Assembly: GCF_964355755.1 (NCBI RefSeq)
Contig: NC_092678.1
Span: forward strand, 20,787,365 to 20,851,364
DNA from: Antedon mediterranea
Lineage: Eukaryota > Animalia > Echinodermata
DNA: 64,000 nt
Direction of reading: 5' to 3'
Under the pieces are notes generated by a model, which ran no database searches, had not been told where the DNA came from, and was given only the letters and a program-made list of their open reading frames with translations. Every line of letters starts with the position of its first letter. The stretch's first letter is position 1. Made by a program: the position numbers and the translations under genes. Below, piece by piece: positions 16,401 through 29,600 of this stretch.

Positions 16401-19400
16401 ATATGAAACACTGCAAGAATGGTATATTTTTGGAACTGATCACAATAACTTTTATTTTAGCACAATACTTATAATAGGTAGGCATTACATAGGAATAGAT
16501 TAGCACCTCTTACAACGCTGGCATGCTGGCTACGAAAGCTCAAGGTACAAGACTTGTATGCTAAGTATGATACGAAAAAAAATGCGTCAAAAATTTTCAA
16601 CTCAAACCAATAAAATTTTAAATGGCTGCATACACAAATTTCAACGCGTAAGTTAGTCCAATTCTGAACACACGTTATTTTAACGCACACAAGAAAAAAA
16701 TGCGTCAACAATTTTCAACTCAAACCAATAAAATTTTTAATGGCTGCATACACAAATTTCAACGCGTAAGTTAGTCCAATTCTGAACACACGTTATTTTA
16801 ACGCACATTATAATATTATATGTGAACATACACATAATTCTGATGTGTGTTTATCAGATCAACTTTGTCACATGACCTTGTTACTAGACTACGCAAATAG
16901 TAAAAAGAAAAACTTCACGTTTCTGTTTACAAAAGAAACCATAATCAAACATACTGTGAGCTTGTTTCATTGTTTGTTTATGATAATTAAACTATACAAC
17001 ATTCAAAAGAGGATTACCATAGGTAACAGAAGAATATGTAAATTGCAATTAATATTTCCTATAGTACACATGAAGAAACTGATAACAGGGCGGAACGATA
17101 CACGCATGTCTTGAAACCCTATCAAACTTGAAATTTTCTAGTTACGATTTTTCTAATGCCTCAGTAGATGAACATTTTCAAACTAGCTAATGTTTTCTGC
17201 CTCGGTTGTCATATTTTTCAAAAGGCCTCTGGTTTAGTATTCTAAAACCTGTTTTCCTGTCAACGTTATTCGCCGCTATCGTTTGAAAACGATCAAGTTG
17301 AAATGATAACGTTGCAAGTACCTTTTCCTGTAAATCGTTAACATTTCAATGTTTACGTAGAAGATCGCCGATTATTGTTAACGATAACATCAAATAAGGT
17401 CGACAGGAAAACAGGCTTAAACACTGGATATTTGCATTGGGGTTGCTTATGCTCTGGGGCCGCATATCCTCTGAGGAACTTGGGTTTAGCTGTTGAACGT
17501 CCACAGAAAAGACTCTACAAATATTGTACAGCTATATTGAGACATTAACTTCTGAATATACAAGATGCAATTTTCCAATTGGCTTGTAAGGAAGCTAGTA
17601 CAACATATTTTGCCAATATCCAGTAGCAATCGGCAAGTGGAAGTAAGATTGTTATACACACTTGAGCAATCACACACAGGCGGTTCTTCATAACCAGCAA
17701 AGCGAACATAATTTGAGAATTTTAATATTTCAACAAGGATGTTCATGTGAATTGAAAGTATGTTAATGATGTAATAGTAATGATGATTAAAATATGTATC
17801 AAGTTTTAATAAGGTTGAATAGTACAGTATTAGTCAATGAATTTTCCTAACACAGTGTAATGAATGCATCAGTGTTTTTGCATTGGGATGCTCCCACCTG
17901 AGGGAAGAGTTCATGGAATGCACCATTATCCGATAGGGGTGTTTAATAAAATTATATATTCGATTTATAGTCCTCTTCTCAGAGAGAATTTAGGCCAATG
18001 TCGGTTTATCCAGGTAAGCTAGGCACGAATTAGACTCTTTTCCTGAATCCTCTTTCATCATTTCCTCTCATCATTATGCTTTTCTTTTGTCAATGTATCG
18101 ATCCTGCATTCAGGCAATTTTATCTCGCATAAACAATTTAATTATATTCTTGATATAGCATTCCTATATAAACTGTAGGAGACCTACATATTCAAGTACG
18201 ATAAATATGTAATTTAATGTAAGTCACCAGCGATAGGTGTGAAATGTAGTTAGGGTTTTAGGATATAGAGATCAATCACCTAGAATCAGCATTCAGTAGG
18301 AACATACCAACAATGCACCAAACTTGTAAATTATAATAATTACAATCCCATAATTTTCTACTTTCGATGCAGTCTAATGATTTTATTTGTTAAATTTGAC
18401 GAGACACAAATTAAATTTGTCTATATATAATTTAGTTACACATACATTATATATAAATTTTAACAGCGCATACCAAAGCCCCATTCTGTTTTGTTTTTTC
18501 AAAGTACATCTTTTTAAAATTGAAATTGCTGTACTTTTAATTATTTATGCAGATGATTATTATGTTTCTTTTATCTTTATTTATTACTTATTTAAATTAT
18601 GAAAAAAATAAATTAATCACCAACCTGCTTTGATCCGCTTTCTCCTTCTGTTTCAGTCAACTTTCCATTCCTACTGTAGCTCTGATGAGATCTAAAAGAT
18701 GAGAGAACATGATTTAAAAGAAATCTTAAACTAACATTTACTGAAAAGATATTTTTATTTGAAGCTCTATCGTATCAGAGAGCTTTACTGAAGATCAGCT
18801 TTAAAGCCTTGTTCTCACTGGACTTAAAACATGGTCAATTCAATCAGTAGTAACTTTACTTTAAAAGCCAACGGTACTTTGACCATTGTTCTCACTAGTA
18901 TCATTCACACGGTTAGTTTTACCAATTTGTTTTACCAAGATTTAACAGCAGTATTTTACCGAAACCAAGGTAAGTTCTACCATGGAAAAATAAGGTGGAC
19001 GAAATGGTTATACCTGTACTACGCAGACAAGGTTTGTAACATTAACTGTTCAGCTTGGTTAACTTAACCCTAAGGGAACTGTAGCCATACGGATTGGACG
19101 GTAAATTTAGTGGGTAACTTGCTTAACTTGACTAAATTAGGTCCAGTTTGAATCAATTTTAAGAAATTTAATTTTTTTGTCATATCTGTTCTAAATTTCT
19201 TATAATTCTTATTGTTCAGGCCAACAGAGTTTTCCTTTGCTTAAATTAAATGAATAAAATACATATTTAATATGATTTCCAAAATGTTTGTGAACTTGAC
19301 TAAATTGTGGTACGTACTGACAAATAAAATATTTATGCAAATACACTAAGTAATAAAGCGATAGTAAATTATTAATTTAAAGTTTATCAGACCTTATAAT

Positions 19401-22400
19401 AAAATGTTTATTATTTGTTTATTGAGGTTGAAATAAATAAGAATATATATTTATATAGTTAGTATCGATAGTTGCTAATACAACGTTGTCCTGTTTGAAA
19501 TTTTTTACTCAATACACTTGCTTCATTAAGTTGTTTTTGTTTGCCGATCTTAACCAAGTAGTCGCAAATTGCTTGCATGAGTCGTGAATAAAGAGCGTTT
19601 AAGGAACTGTTATTGATGCCATTCTTGCACAATATTTGCGTTTTCAACTTGAAGAAGCCGCAACAAAGACAAAATTTAAGGCATGGACGATATCACATCG
19701 CATATGTTTTTCCCACACTCGGTTTTAAATTATTCATGGAACTGCAGAAAACAATTTATTCTAATTTTTTTGCAGATGGTTCTGTGCCAAATGGTTTAAT
19801 GCTATTGGCTGAATTAAGTTTCAAAGTTGTTGTTGTTAAGCATTGTTGACAACTTTCTTGAACATTTGTACATTTTTCCAATTAAATGACCGTTGTTGAT
19901 AGTCAACTTCAGTGGGAAATGGGAGAAAGTTTGGATGTTTTAGGGAGGTGGGGAGGCATAAGGTCGATTGATGTTTTGTAAAATATTACTTTAGAAAAAA
20001 GAGATTTTTTATGAAAGTTTTAGATTCCAGGATCTGAAATGTACAGTTACTTATTAAACCTCCTATTACTAGTTAAAATGTACAATAATTATTTCATCAG
20101 ATAACAAATTGTTATATTACATTCACAGAATTATTATTTAAAATTGATCATTATTAAAATTTTAACCAAGGCTACAACTCATAACTTATTCAGTTTTATG
20201 TAAAAATTTAATTAATTTATTCTAATCACTTTTGTCCTTACTGTTACTACAAGGCAATATTCTATGTTACATTTTCTTAACTATCCAGGTAGGCTAGGCA
20301 CAAAATAGACTTAAGGATATTTTTATACTTTATTTTTTTAAATTATAAGAAAATGAGTAAATATCAAGTGGGAACCAAGATCAAAAGGTTTTCCAATCAT
20401 TCTAAAAAAAAGGTTGGTAATTGTACGTTATACTATGGAATCTGTGGTTTGTTAAATCCGCCTCAGTGGCGTACTGGCTATGAGCGCTCACTATCTAAAC
20501 CCAGGGGCTCTGGAGCTTATGGGGGCCCTAGAGCTTATGTGGGGCCCTGGAGCTTATGGCCGACCCTGAGCAGTATCCAGAGGAAAACACAGGCATTAAA
20601 ATATGTTGAAAAAAGCTGAAAATGCCCAAGGCCTCCAGCGTTGGAGGGCCACTGATCCACCCCTAGCCTCTGGGGAATATCACATTAAAAAGGCCAGTTG
20701 TATTAAAAATAAGTGTGTGTGTGTGTATTAGGCATTCTTTCCACTTGAGAAGGAAGTTTGCACACATTTATGATATTCTGGAGTGTACTCTGCCAGCAGA
20801 TTCCATAAGTAAACATTAGTTAGTGTTATGCAAATTCTCAACCAATTTACTATACAACTGAAATTTGTTAAGAGTAATCAGAACTTTGGTCGTCATATTT
20901 GTATATGATACAGTACTCGTTAAAATCCTCTATCATGTCTAGCTTATATTTTTTTTTATTTTTGAATTTGAAATAAAAGGTAATTGATACATTTTTAAGA
21001 GATTTAATTTTTGAATGGTAGAAAGTGAATCAAATTCACCAATTACTGGTAGTTCAAATATTTATTTAAGAAATATTTTTTATCAAATTACAAAAAATAC
21101 AGAAAGGTTCACTAATGTGCAGCTTCTACCAACATAGTATGTACTGCCTTGAAAGAGTTGAAGATCCACAAGATTATGAAATATTCAGGAATTCAGCATT
21201 CATTGTAAAAATTACAGCTGAACATATAATAACCTAATGTTCTATCTGTAGCGTAGTATTTTCTAAACTTAGAGGGGCGCGCCCGAGCACCTTGCATCTG
21301 CCCCTGCAGTATGACCACATGTAAATTTTGATTTGGTAAAATGCTTAAGTTTCAAAACTGTTTTGAACTATGGATTTATATCCGAAGATATGATTGAAAC
21401 ATTCATACTAAAAAATGAGATTAGTTAATTAGTCAGGAATGGTTGTAAGTTACGGTTTATACAAAATGTATATTTTTACTAAATATCTTTCTGTACAACT
21501 AGTTATACATACCTATTAGTACCGTTCTTACTTCATACCAACTAACGTTTATGAAACTTGTATCTAAAAATCTTCTTTTATTGTGGTTGAAAAATCGTTG
21601 TAAAATAGTGTAGTTTGCCGCCATTTTTACCCTTTACAATACACCTGCATGCCCCCAAGTAGACTGTCTATATTTGTTCTTACGGTTCATTACCTGTGAT
21701 TGACACTTGATAAGCCACACCCCTATTCATTACTATTCAAGTTCATGTGTGCATACAAAATGTAAGCCTCTAAAGGTTTAAATTTTTAAGTATTACACAA
21801 ATGAAGGTCAAAGTTTAAGTACATAAATCCTAGTATTATACTTTCTAATAGTGAAGAAGTTAGAACAAAATAAGAACAGGAAAATGATACACAACAATTA
21901 ATCATGATAAATGAAACATTGTTCAAAACATACATACTGAGAAAGTTAAATTACTTTACTGCAGAGGTTGTTTACTGCAGTATAGTTACCTACTGCAGTA
22001 GTTACTTATGCTTGGTTCCTACTAGAGATGCAACAAAATGACGTAATGCAACGTTAGGGGTTATTCGACTGTTGCTTGTCATTGTTTGGGTCTACGTCCT
22101 TGCGTTACGTCCTAGTGGGAACCAAGCTTTACTGCGGGTGAGAGACTTACTTAAGTAAGTAGTAAGTTGAGTACCTGCCCCTATTTGGTTAATATAGGTG
22201 ATTTTAATTATAGAATTCAGGAATTAAATTGTAATATCTCATAGTATATTAACATTTTATATTAGAAAAGCATGTTAGGTCAAGTTAAAATGCAAATTTA
22301 TGCAAATTATTATACAATACAAACCAACCTCTTTAAATTTAATTATTTCAATGATTACTAAACCGTATGATTTATTCATCATAATTTTCTAAGACTGTAT

Positions 22401-22799
22401 ATTATTAAATAATATGGCAATCCACGCAAATCTACATTATAATAGATTGGCCTTGATAAAATATACTACTACTAGATGCTTCGTTTAGCCTACAAAGATG
22501 CTTGGGCCTACACAGCAGAATCCAATAGCATCATGATGGACTTGTTTGATCAGTTCAATATTAATCAATACACATTGATTGGAATAAATAAAGATGTATT
22601 ATACGAACAATGTATGGTGATTATTATACCATGGTAAAACATATCTAATAAATTGTCAGAAACAACAAGAGATACAATAATGGACTGGTAATAATCAATA
22701 TTTAAAAAAATATAGGCCTAAATAAAGCATCTATGCTAAGTAGTGTCGATGTACTTTTCTAGTACGTTGTAAACACAACTTTAGCACCTACCTTCTCAT
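1490..22799 (-). CDS. TSGA13: TSGA13-family (testis-specific gene 13-like) protein, ~518 aa, 8 coding exons, with an N-terminal coiled-coil/acidic extension
   Basis: Minus-strand exons 22799-22792, 18691-18625, 7821-7657, 4425-4353, 3963-3607, 3229-3054, 2824-2618 and 1993-1490 all have GT-AG borders and compatible phases (1557 nt total). Motifs NNQDKTAILTYNNPLP, LSFLTEADATCDGQF and WEPLSLAALTEYKPT...GFSHG...W resemble my recollection of human TSGA13 (NQDKTLLIMTNNPPP; FRFSTDNDFKSEGKY; EPLTLASLLEDMPT...FRNG...W). The first two exons are the least certain. Confidence 0.75.
3345..3514. mobile_element. 170-bp MITE with CAGGGA termini and a 6-bp TSD (hAT-like)
   Basis: TIRs cagggaataattt / aaatttttccctg; direct repeat GGCATT at 3339-3344 and 3515-3520; internal tagca repeats. 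Confidence 0.7.
4200..4300. repeat. Dispersed repeat fragment (accatt.tc.gataggggtgt...tgtcggtttatc.aggtaagctag)
   Basis: Similar sequence at ~14275-14340, 17920-18035, 20280-20310 and 47030-47065. Confidence 0.55.
6010..6354. mobile_element. PIF/Harbinger-like MITE (agctctgtctacactatc family) interrupted by a SINE fragment
   Basis: TIRs ctctgtctacactatcaaac / gtttgatagtgcagacagag; same family as 24545-24711, with partial copies at 46700 and 62066. Confidence 0.75.
6064..6258 (+). mobile_element. 5'-truncated SINE nested in a MITE
   Basis: gataaggactataaaccgtagg...atctgggagaccagt...actgaagaggtc plus (taa) tail matches the 3' half of the SINE at 63309-63598. Confidence 0.75.
16574..16807. 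repeat. Near-perfect tandem duplication, ~118 bp x2
   Basis: aaaaaaatgcgtcaa.aattttcaactcaaaccaat...cacgttattttaacgcaca occurs twice. Confidence 0.9.
17246..17417. mobile_element. MITE with TAA flanks (Harbinger-like)
   Basis: TIRs cctgttttcctgtcaacgttatt / aataaggtcgacaggaaaacagg; taa on both sides. Confidence 0.7.
22009..22128. mobile_element. Internally deleted MITE, same family as 47641-47819
   Basis: TIRs gcttggttcctactag / ctagtgggaaccaagc; tta flanks; shared tacgtccttgcgttacgt. Confidence 0.75.
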
Positions 22800-22899
22800 C
22801 TCGGCTTTGACTTCCGCATATATGTTACAGAAGGCGGCGCTCGAACGCACTTTTAATTCGACTTAAATAAATGATCTCCCGAATACATACATTGCTTCC

Positions 22900-23120
22900 T
22901 TGAATTTTATGATTTTTCGCTGTCGGTTTTTATGTGCAATGCAGTCCAACATAAACTTTATAGCACCAGTGGTCAATCAGTCAAGTCCTTAGTAATGATT
23001 TGTTAGTCACGTGATAAGAGCTATGGAAACCAGTTATGTTGAGGGCTAACGTGTGAAATGCGGACAGGTAAAGGCGGGAGAGATCAAACAATGCGTTAAA
23101 TACCTGACCAAAGAGGGTGC
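22900..23120 (-). promoter_or_regulatory. Putative promoter of the TSGA13-like gene
   Basis: Locally GC/CpG-richer segment just upstream of the first exon; E-box GTCACGTG (CACGTG at 23008-23013), RFX-like half site gctatggaaac at 23020-23030, ggcggga. Confidence 0.35.
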
Positions 23121-24544
23121 TCTAAGGCCTTGCAATCGCTGAATCAAGATTATTATCGCAATATTTAATAAAATAATAAAGATCATTTAGCAATATATTA
23201 AATCCTTTATGCTGTGACTGTTTAGACTCTCCTTTTCGTAAAAGGTACATTGTCCCCTTAGGCCTATAAATTATATTCATTAAAGCAGAAGTTAGCTTGG
23301 GTGAAAAGAGACTTTTTTTTGTCTTGTGTGGGTTCGTCCCACTTTTATTATGCTATGTTATAAGTATAACAATAAATGTTTATACATGTTGTGTGTATAT
23401 TTAAATATTATTTTTAAACATATTGTTATATGATACATTGTTAAAAGCAGGTACCATAAATTGATATAGCATACATTGTATATGAATGATTTCGATGTTA
23501 AAATCCACATTTTCCTTCATTTACATTTAAAAAAAATAAAATTAATTAAAATATATAAATGACAATAAAAAGATGATAAAAATTCATTAAAAACGTAGTT
23601 ATGACAGTAGTCATTATTCTATTCTGTTCGTTCGTGTAGAGAGAAAATTCATGCTTGTGCTTTTTTACATAATATTTACCAACTTTTCCGAGAGGAGATT
23701 ACTAATTTGGGTTCCCTGCTGTATATAAACTCCCATTTCTTGTCTTCCACTGTCACTCCCCAAACCAAGTTCTTTGGGTTAGAATCATCGAGTCATATCA
23801 ATATTAATAACTCCATTCTTCTTTGCATGCGTTGGTGGTCGCATATAGGCTACTGAAAGATAGTCTATACAAGTGTTTTGTATATCTCCCTGGATACCAA
23901 GTTATTGCTTACTAGAAAATCAATTCCACATAATATATTAAATACAGGAACGTTATTGAATCTCATCTCAGATGGTAAATCGTTATATAAAGTAAATTAT
24001 AGAATATTTGGGTTATTATTATTAATGTTTTTATAAATTATTTTTTAAAAACTTTGAAAAAGAAACTTCTGAACGATTTTGAGACAGATCCATTTTTTGG
24101 TCATAGGCCCACAGATGTCTGTCTTTGAAGATCCATTCTTGGCAAATGATAAGATAATATAAAATACAAAGAGATTCACTTCACTGTTCAAGCTTAGTAT
24201 TTTTGGAAGGGTGCAGATGAGGGTCAGAATCAAATGTGCCAAAACAAATATAGGTCTGCAAAATATTATTAGACGTATATGTGTACGTTCTGTATAGTCT
24301 TACAGTCGAATATTGTCTGTCGGAATTTCTGTCGGAATTTCTGTCGGAATTTCAGGTTCAACCGGCACCTTCAGTTCTCTTTTAAATCTAAATTATTCAC
24401 ATTTTGGTTCCGAATTTTCAATATAATTGCAATCCTCGCCGTAGCTTATTCTCAGGATGGAGGAATTTCCTCCATGTTCTGAGTCAATAAAACCAACTAG
24501 ATATTTTACAATAAACAGTTTAACGCACGATGTAATGATTCTAA

Positions 24545-24711
24545 AGCTCTGTCTACACTATCTAACTTTACTTGTGATAAAAAAAAAAGTGCTGTGCCGA
24601 TATAATTAGGATTATGATGATGTCATATCACTACTATTTGAGAATATCACTACCACATTTGGGTACATGACGCTTTTTTTGTCAAACTAGTTTGATAGTG
24701 TAGACAGAGCT
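24545..24711. mobile_element. Intact Harbinger-like MITE, 167 bp
   Basis: TIRs agctctgtctacactatc / gatagtgtagacagagct, flanked by taa and tta. Confidence 0.85.
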
Positions 24712-25684
24712 TTAAAATAAGATTAAACCAATATAATAATAACAAATATAAACGGAACACGGTTTATGACGCCCTGAGGGAAAATATACCAGTATACTGG
24801 TGGATATTTAAAATTGATCATCACCAATTTTACAATCGTTTTATAATGTCGTGTTATTAATTTTAGTCATGCGAACGGATTAAAATCAACTCAGTGTAGG
24901 CCTATTATTTTATCGACGTCCTTTAAAAATAATTGAAATCATTTTCTTCTTGAACAAAATATGGAAACAGAAAGCTCATAAAATGCTGATTGCGGATTAA
25001 GTGTTGATTCATGTTTTGTTGAGCTTTAATAGAACATTAAATCTCTTTGGCTTTTCTTCTTTTTCCATTTTTCTGTAGGCCTACTTTAGCTCAGTGTAGT
25101 CTATAGTTTACCATTTATTATTGGCGCTTTTCATCAATTGATGAAATCAGTTCTCTTTCTTTTATGATATAAACAAAAGAGGAGGCAAATCTAAGAAAGC
25201 CACTGCTTAGCCTTTTCAGTATTGTGCTTAAAATAAGGGAAAAAAATAAATATTGATTAAATATAAATTTCATTCTAGATTTTCAATATTGGTTTGATGC
25301 CTTAAACCCAAATTGCTCTATCAATTTTAATCGCCTTTAAGTATTACTTATTACGCCTACTGTATCTTTATAAATTCTTTGTCATTATTTTTCATATTTT
25401 TTCTTTAGGCCCAAAAAATCAGCTTACTTTCTGAAATATAGCGAAATTAATAGATAATTTAACTTAGGCCTAAACCTGTAGTTTTTTCGGCTTAAAAAAA
25501 TCTATAGCATGATAAGCATTTCTTTTTTTCGCAAAACTAAAAGCGACCTGTAAACGCCCATCTAAGATTGTCTGAATTTTTTAGATACATTTTAATACAA
25601 ATTAAACACTAAATTTATAAAAAAAATGTCCATGCTTGATAATTCAGCCGACTGGTATTTTCAAAATCCCAACAGAAGTTTTCT

Positions 25685-25750
25685 AAAATTGGGCGGAAAC
25701 AAGCTTCCGTACCGGCAACCGAAATGACACTGAACCGGAAATGGGTATTG
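25685..25750 (+). promoter_or_regulatory. Putative CTTNBP2 promoter core
   Basis: GC-rich island in AT-rich DNA with GGGCGG and ETS-type (C)GGAA motifs (gggcggaaac, cttccg, accggaaat), ~0.9 kb upstream of the ATG-containing exon. Confidence 0.35.
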
Positions 25751-26614
25751 TTATTATTGAATGAATTTAGAGATAATTTTGAAGATGAAATGATGAATCA
25801 TCAATGTTTTTGGTGCCATGCTGCCCTTCAAAAGATTAACAAATTATTTATAATGTAATAGTTATTACATATTTTATAGCTGTACAAGAATGAAAGACGT
25901 AGGTATCTATATTTTTGTGTTTTATCTGTAGGCCTCCGCCAATCTGGAAACGATGTGGAGAGTGACCGCAGCTGGAGTCGACCTCCACTTTTTTGTTCCA
26001 GTAGCTGGAGAGATGATAGCCGATGGGTGGTGGTGTGTTGCTTATTTTTCACCGTGTTTTTGCCAGCCTAGAGAGTTTGGCTTTATGTTAATATATGTAT
26101 AAGTTTATAATTATATTTGCAAGATGATTGCTTTTGTGTTTGTCCTTTATTATTTTTTATTTTGCAGCAGTCAGCCAGCATCATATATTCATAGAAAGTA
26201 AAATTACAAATAAATACTGTAATTTTGTTTATTATATTTTCAATACTGTACCTCGATTTCGACAGTAAAATGAATATTTGTTGGTTTATTTTGATAAATA
26301 ACTATTTTAAATGTATTATTAAACATCACACCCTCTACGAACCCACAGCAGCATAGGGTACCAAGTTTTATGTATGTAGTGTACACAGGGAAGACTTTAT
26401 CCCATCCAGAAGACGAGGCAATGAAACTGAGAGTGTAAAAGTATTATCTTTAATTTAGGCTTGTACATTAGTTAACAATAAATGCCTTGGTGCGTTTATA
26501 AATATGATAATTATACATACATCTTAATTGATATTACCTGACATACTGCAGCAGTAAATGTAAACCAATTGAAATTGCTTTTCAGATTTGATTTGAAATA
26601 TTGAAAGCGCCATC

Positions 26615-29600
26615 ATGTCTGAGGACGGAGAAATTGGAATTAAGAGTGATACGGTCAAATACAGAGGGCCAAAAAGTAATTCTCAGGTAATGCACTTGTG
26701 ACTAATTTATTTGAAAGAGTTTTTTTCCTCAGACTAGAAAAGGTAAAAGATAGTTATTTAAAATTACACATTAGATACATAAAACTGGTGAAAATTCAAT
26801 GCAAACAATGGTAGAGTAATAGTATATAAAGCGCACAATGTGAAACCTCTAATCACTGTACCCTAGGCTTTTTGCAAACATGCATGTAAACATACACTCC
26901 CATAATGCAGCTAATTTTATTTATTTATTCGGTATATAAAAATATATTACAAAACGACAGTCAAGGACTGAAATGAAATGTATTACAAATGACTAAAAAT
27001 TAGTTAAAATAGTAATAATCAGTGCAAAGTTGTGTCTTGACCTTACCATGTATCCATTTGAATTTATTTAATGTAGGAATGAATTTGACAATTACTATAT
27101 ATTTCAATGTGAAATCAAACTTCTATTTTTGTTTAAAATTGTTATTGGCAATTCATCAGGGGTGAATCCATGTGGTGAAGAGAGGATTAAACATTGATTG
27201 AGGGCACTCAGTTGGATCCTCCACATCCCCAACACCCAAAAAAAAAAACGTTTCTTCAGTTTTTGTAAAAAGTACTGGGAGAGCATAGCTCAGACTCTCT
27301 GCCTGTTATACAGTATGTCCACATTTTATTATCATTAACAACAACATTTTAATATCAAAGTATCATCTTTATCATGTCGTTGTCTGGAGCATTGTCACTG
27401 TCATCAACAATATCACAAATTTATTCTAATCTTACTCCTCATCTGTCATCAACAACATTATTATATCACTGCAACATCATTGTCAAATTTTATTGATTCA
27501 ATCATCCATTTGTTAAATTTTTTGGTATTTTTAATAATTACTAAATCTTTTATTATTCAAAATATCATTGATTGAATAGTACAGAGTGTCTGTAGTTGTG
27601 ACTCACTCGCATCAAATTTATCATTCTATGCAACAAACGTAACAGCTGCTGAAATCTCTATTATCTAACAAATAGCATCAGTTGGTGTCTTTCCGCTGCA
27701 CTCACTCCCATCATTATCTAATTGATGCTTGATCCTCCTTTTAATTGTTTTCTGTATTTTGTCAATTAGTTCAACATTTTAATGAATGTTGATTGTATTT
27801 CTGCTTTCATGATTACAAGGTCATAAGTTCACGTTTTGGATTTTACGTAACAAAATCATTTATACGTAAACGATTTTTTACAAAGTTTTACTGTTGACAA
27901 AAGGATGTACTGCAATACTATGTATCATTGTGTTGTAATCTAATTGGGTATTGCTACTGTACAACCTGAAAAAAAACGTCCAGAAAACATAGAAAACCAC
28001 ATTAAACCAAATTCATCATCATCATTCACCATCATTATTATCATCATCATTCACCATCATTATTATCATCATCACCATCATCATCATTATCGCCATCATC
28101 ATCATTTTCATCATTACCATCATCAATATCGATATCATCATCATCATCACCATTATGAGCATCATCATCATAATCATCATCATCATCATCATCAGCATCA
28201 TCATCATCATACATTATCATACCAATCATCACCATTATCATCAGCATCATCATCATTGACAGAATTTTATAACATTAGAAATCTATCTCACTTCTCAGTT
28301 GGCAGATTTGGCATTTTGAAAAGTGTAGGCAATTTGGATAGAGTAAAAGACTATTAGTATTATGGGTAATATCTTGTGGTGATTTCAGCACTTTACAGTG
28401 ATTTTAACATTTAGTTTAAGTGGGAATTTTACTTGAGGACATTGATCAATTCAAAAACAAATACTTGATCATTCAGAAGGGGAAATCCAAGGGAAAAGAA
28501 ACCCAACTACAGTAGCTTCGCCATTGGTATACTGTAGTACTCTTGGTGTATAGTAGTAATATCATTCAATAATTAGAATAGTAAGTATTTAATACATAAA
28601 TTGTGTAAAGTAATGATGAGAGGGAAAATCATGCTTATAATTAATTCCATCTGACATTTAATAAATACATAGAATAAATCATGAAACATAAGATTTAATT
28701 AAAAATGTTACTTTAAAGGTACTGTAAGACAGGTATTAGTATGGTAGTATATCATGAAAGTAACCATGCGAACATTTAATGCAGTTACTGCAGTAACTAT
28801 CCTTATTTTGTTCGGTAATCAAACACAGTGTTTATTGCTGTGACCGCCTCATCCACTTTATTTTCCAAACTCCATCTCCATAAACAAACTAAAGCATACT
28901 TTATTTCAGTAAAAATAATGTAGAATTTGTTGCAGTAACTACAGTACTGTAAATTTTCAGTAAAATAATAATAACTACTGTACTAATACTACTAACACAG
29001 TACAGTAGACTAATTTCGACATGATCCCTACAGTATTTTATAACAACAGGAGGCTCTGATGTTGGGTAGTACTGTATTAATACAGTACAGTAGTATATTT
29101 ATAGTAGGACTTTTCCCAATCCAATAACTACAATACAGTATAACAATATTGCAATAGCCACAGACAAAGTGTGATGAAACCCATCGGTTATGATCTGAAA
29201 ATGAAACAAAAATTAGATTATTATAAAATAACTCATTGACAGGTATGTATGAAAAATTATATTAAATATTTAAATATGACATAATTTTCTCCTGAATATT
29301 GCATGCTTGGTTGGATTATACATCAGTGATTGGTTCAGTAGAGCTCCTGCTGTGCTCTCAAGGCATTTACAGTGATGACAGGTCAACCATGGATATTATT
29401 ATAATAGGTCAAATATCATTGGTTTATCAAGGTCATATGATATACTGTGTAAATGTCAGTGTTTACTATTTAATTACTCCAGTCATATTGAGATATTCAT
29501 GTTGTTTAGCAAAATTAAAATTTAAATGTACAGTAAATTAATTTTGGTTATTAATAAATTTTATTAATATTATACTGTAGACTTTAAGAAGCTTAAAATT

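Noticed and set aside
7822-18624. Nested gene in the large intron of the TSGA13-like gene
   Set aside because: Only short ORFs with no recognisable domains or consistent exon chain.
18803-19160. Further MITE (agccttgttctcactggact...ggtccagtttgaa)
   Set aside because: Right TIR too degenerate to support boundaries.
27944-28357. Poly-His / poly-Met / poly-Asp ORFs
   Set aside because: Product of a (CAT)n microsatellite; no convincing splice sites or domain.
29164-29242. Extra CTTNBP2 coding exon ending in cag|gtatgt
   Set aside because: The phase-0 frame has TGA immediately before the donor; at most a non-coding or alternative first exon.
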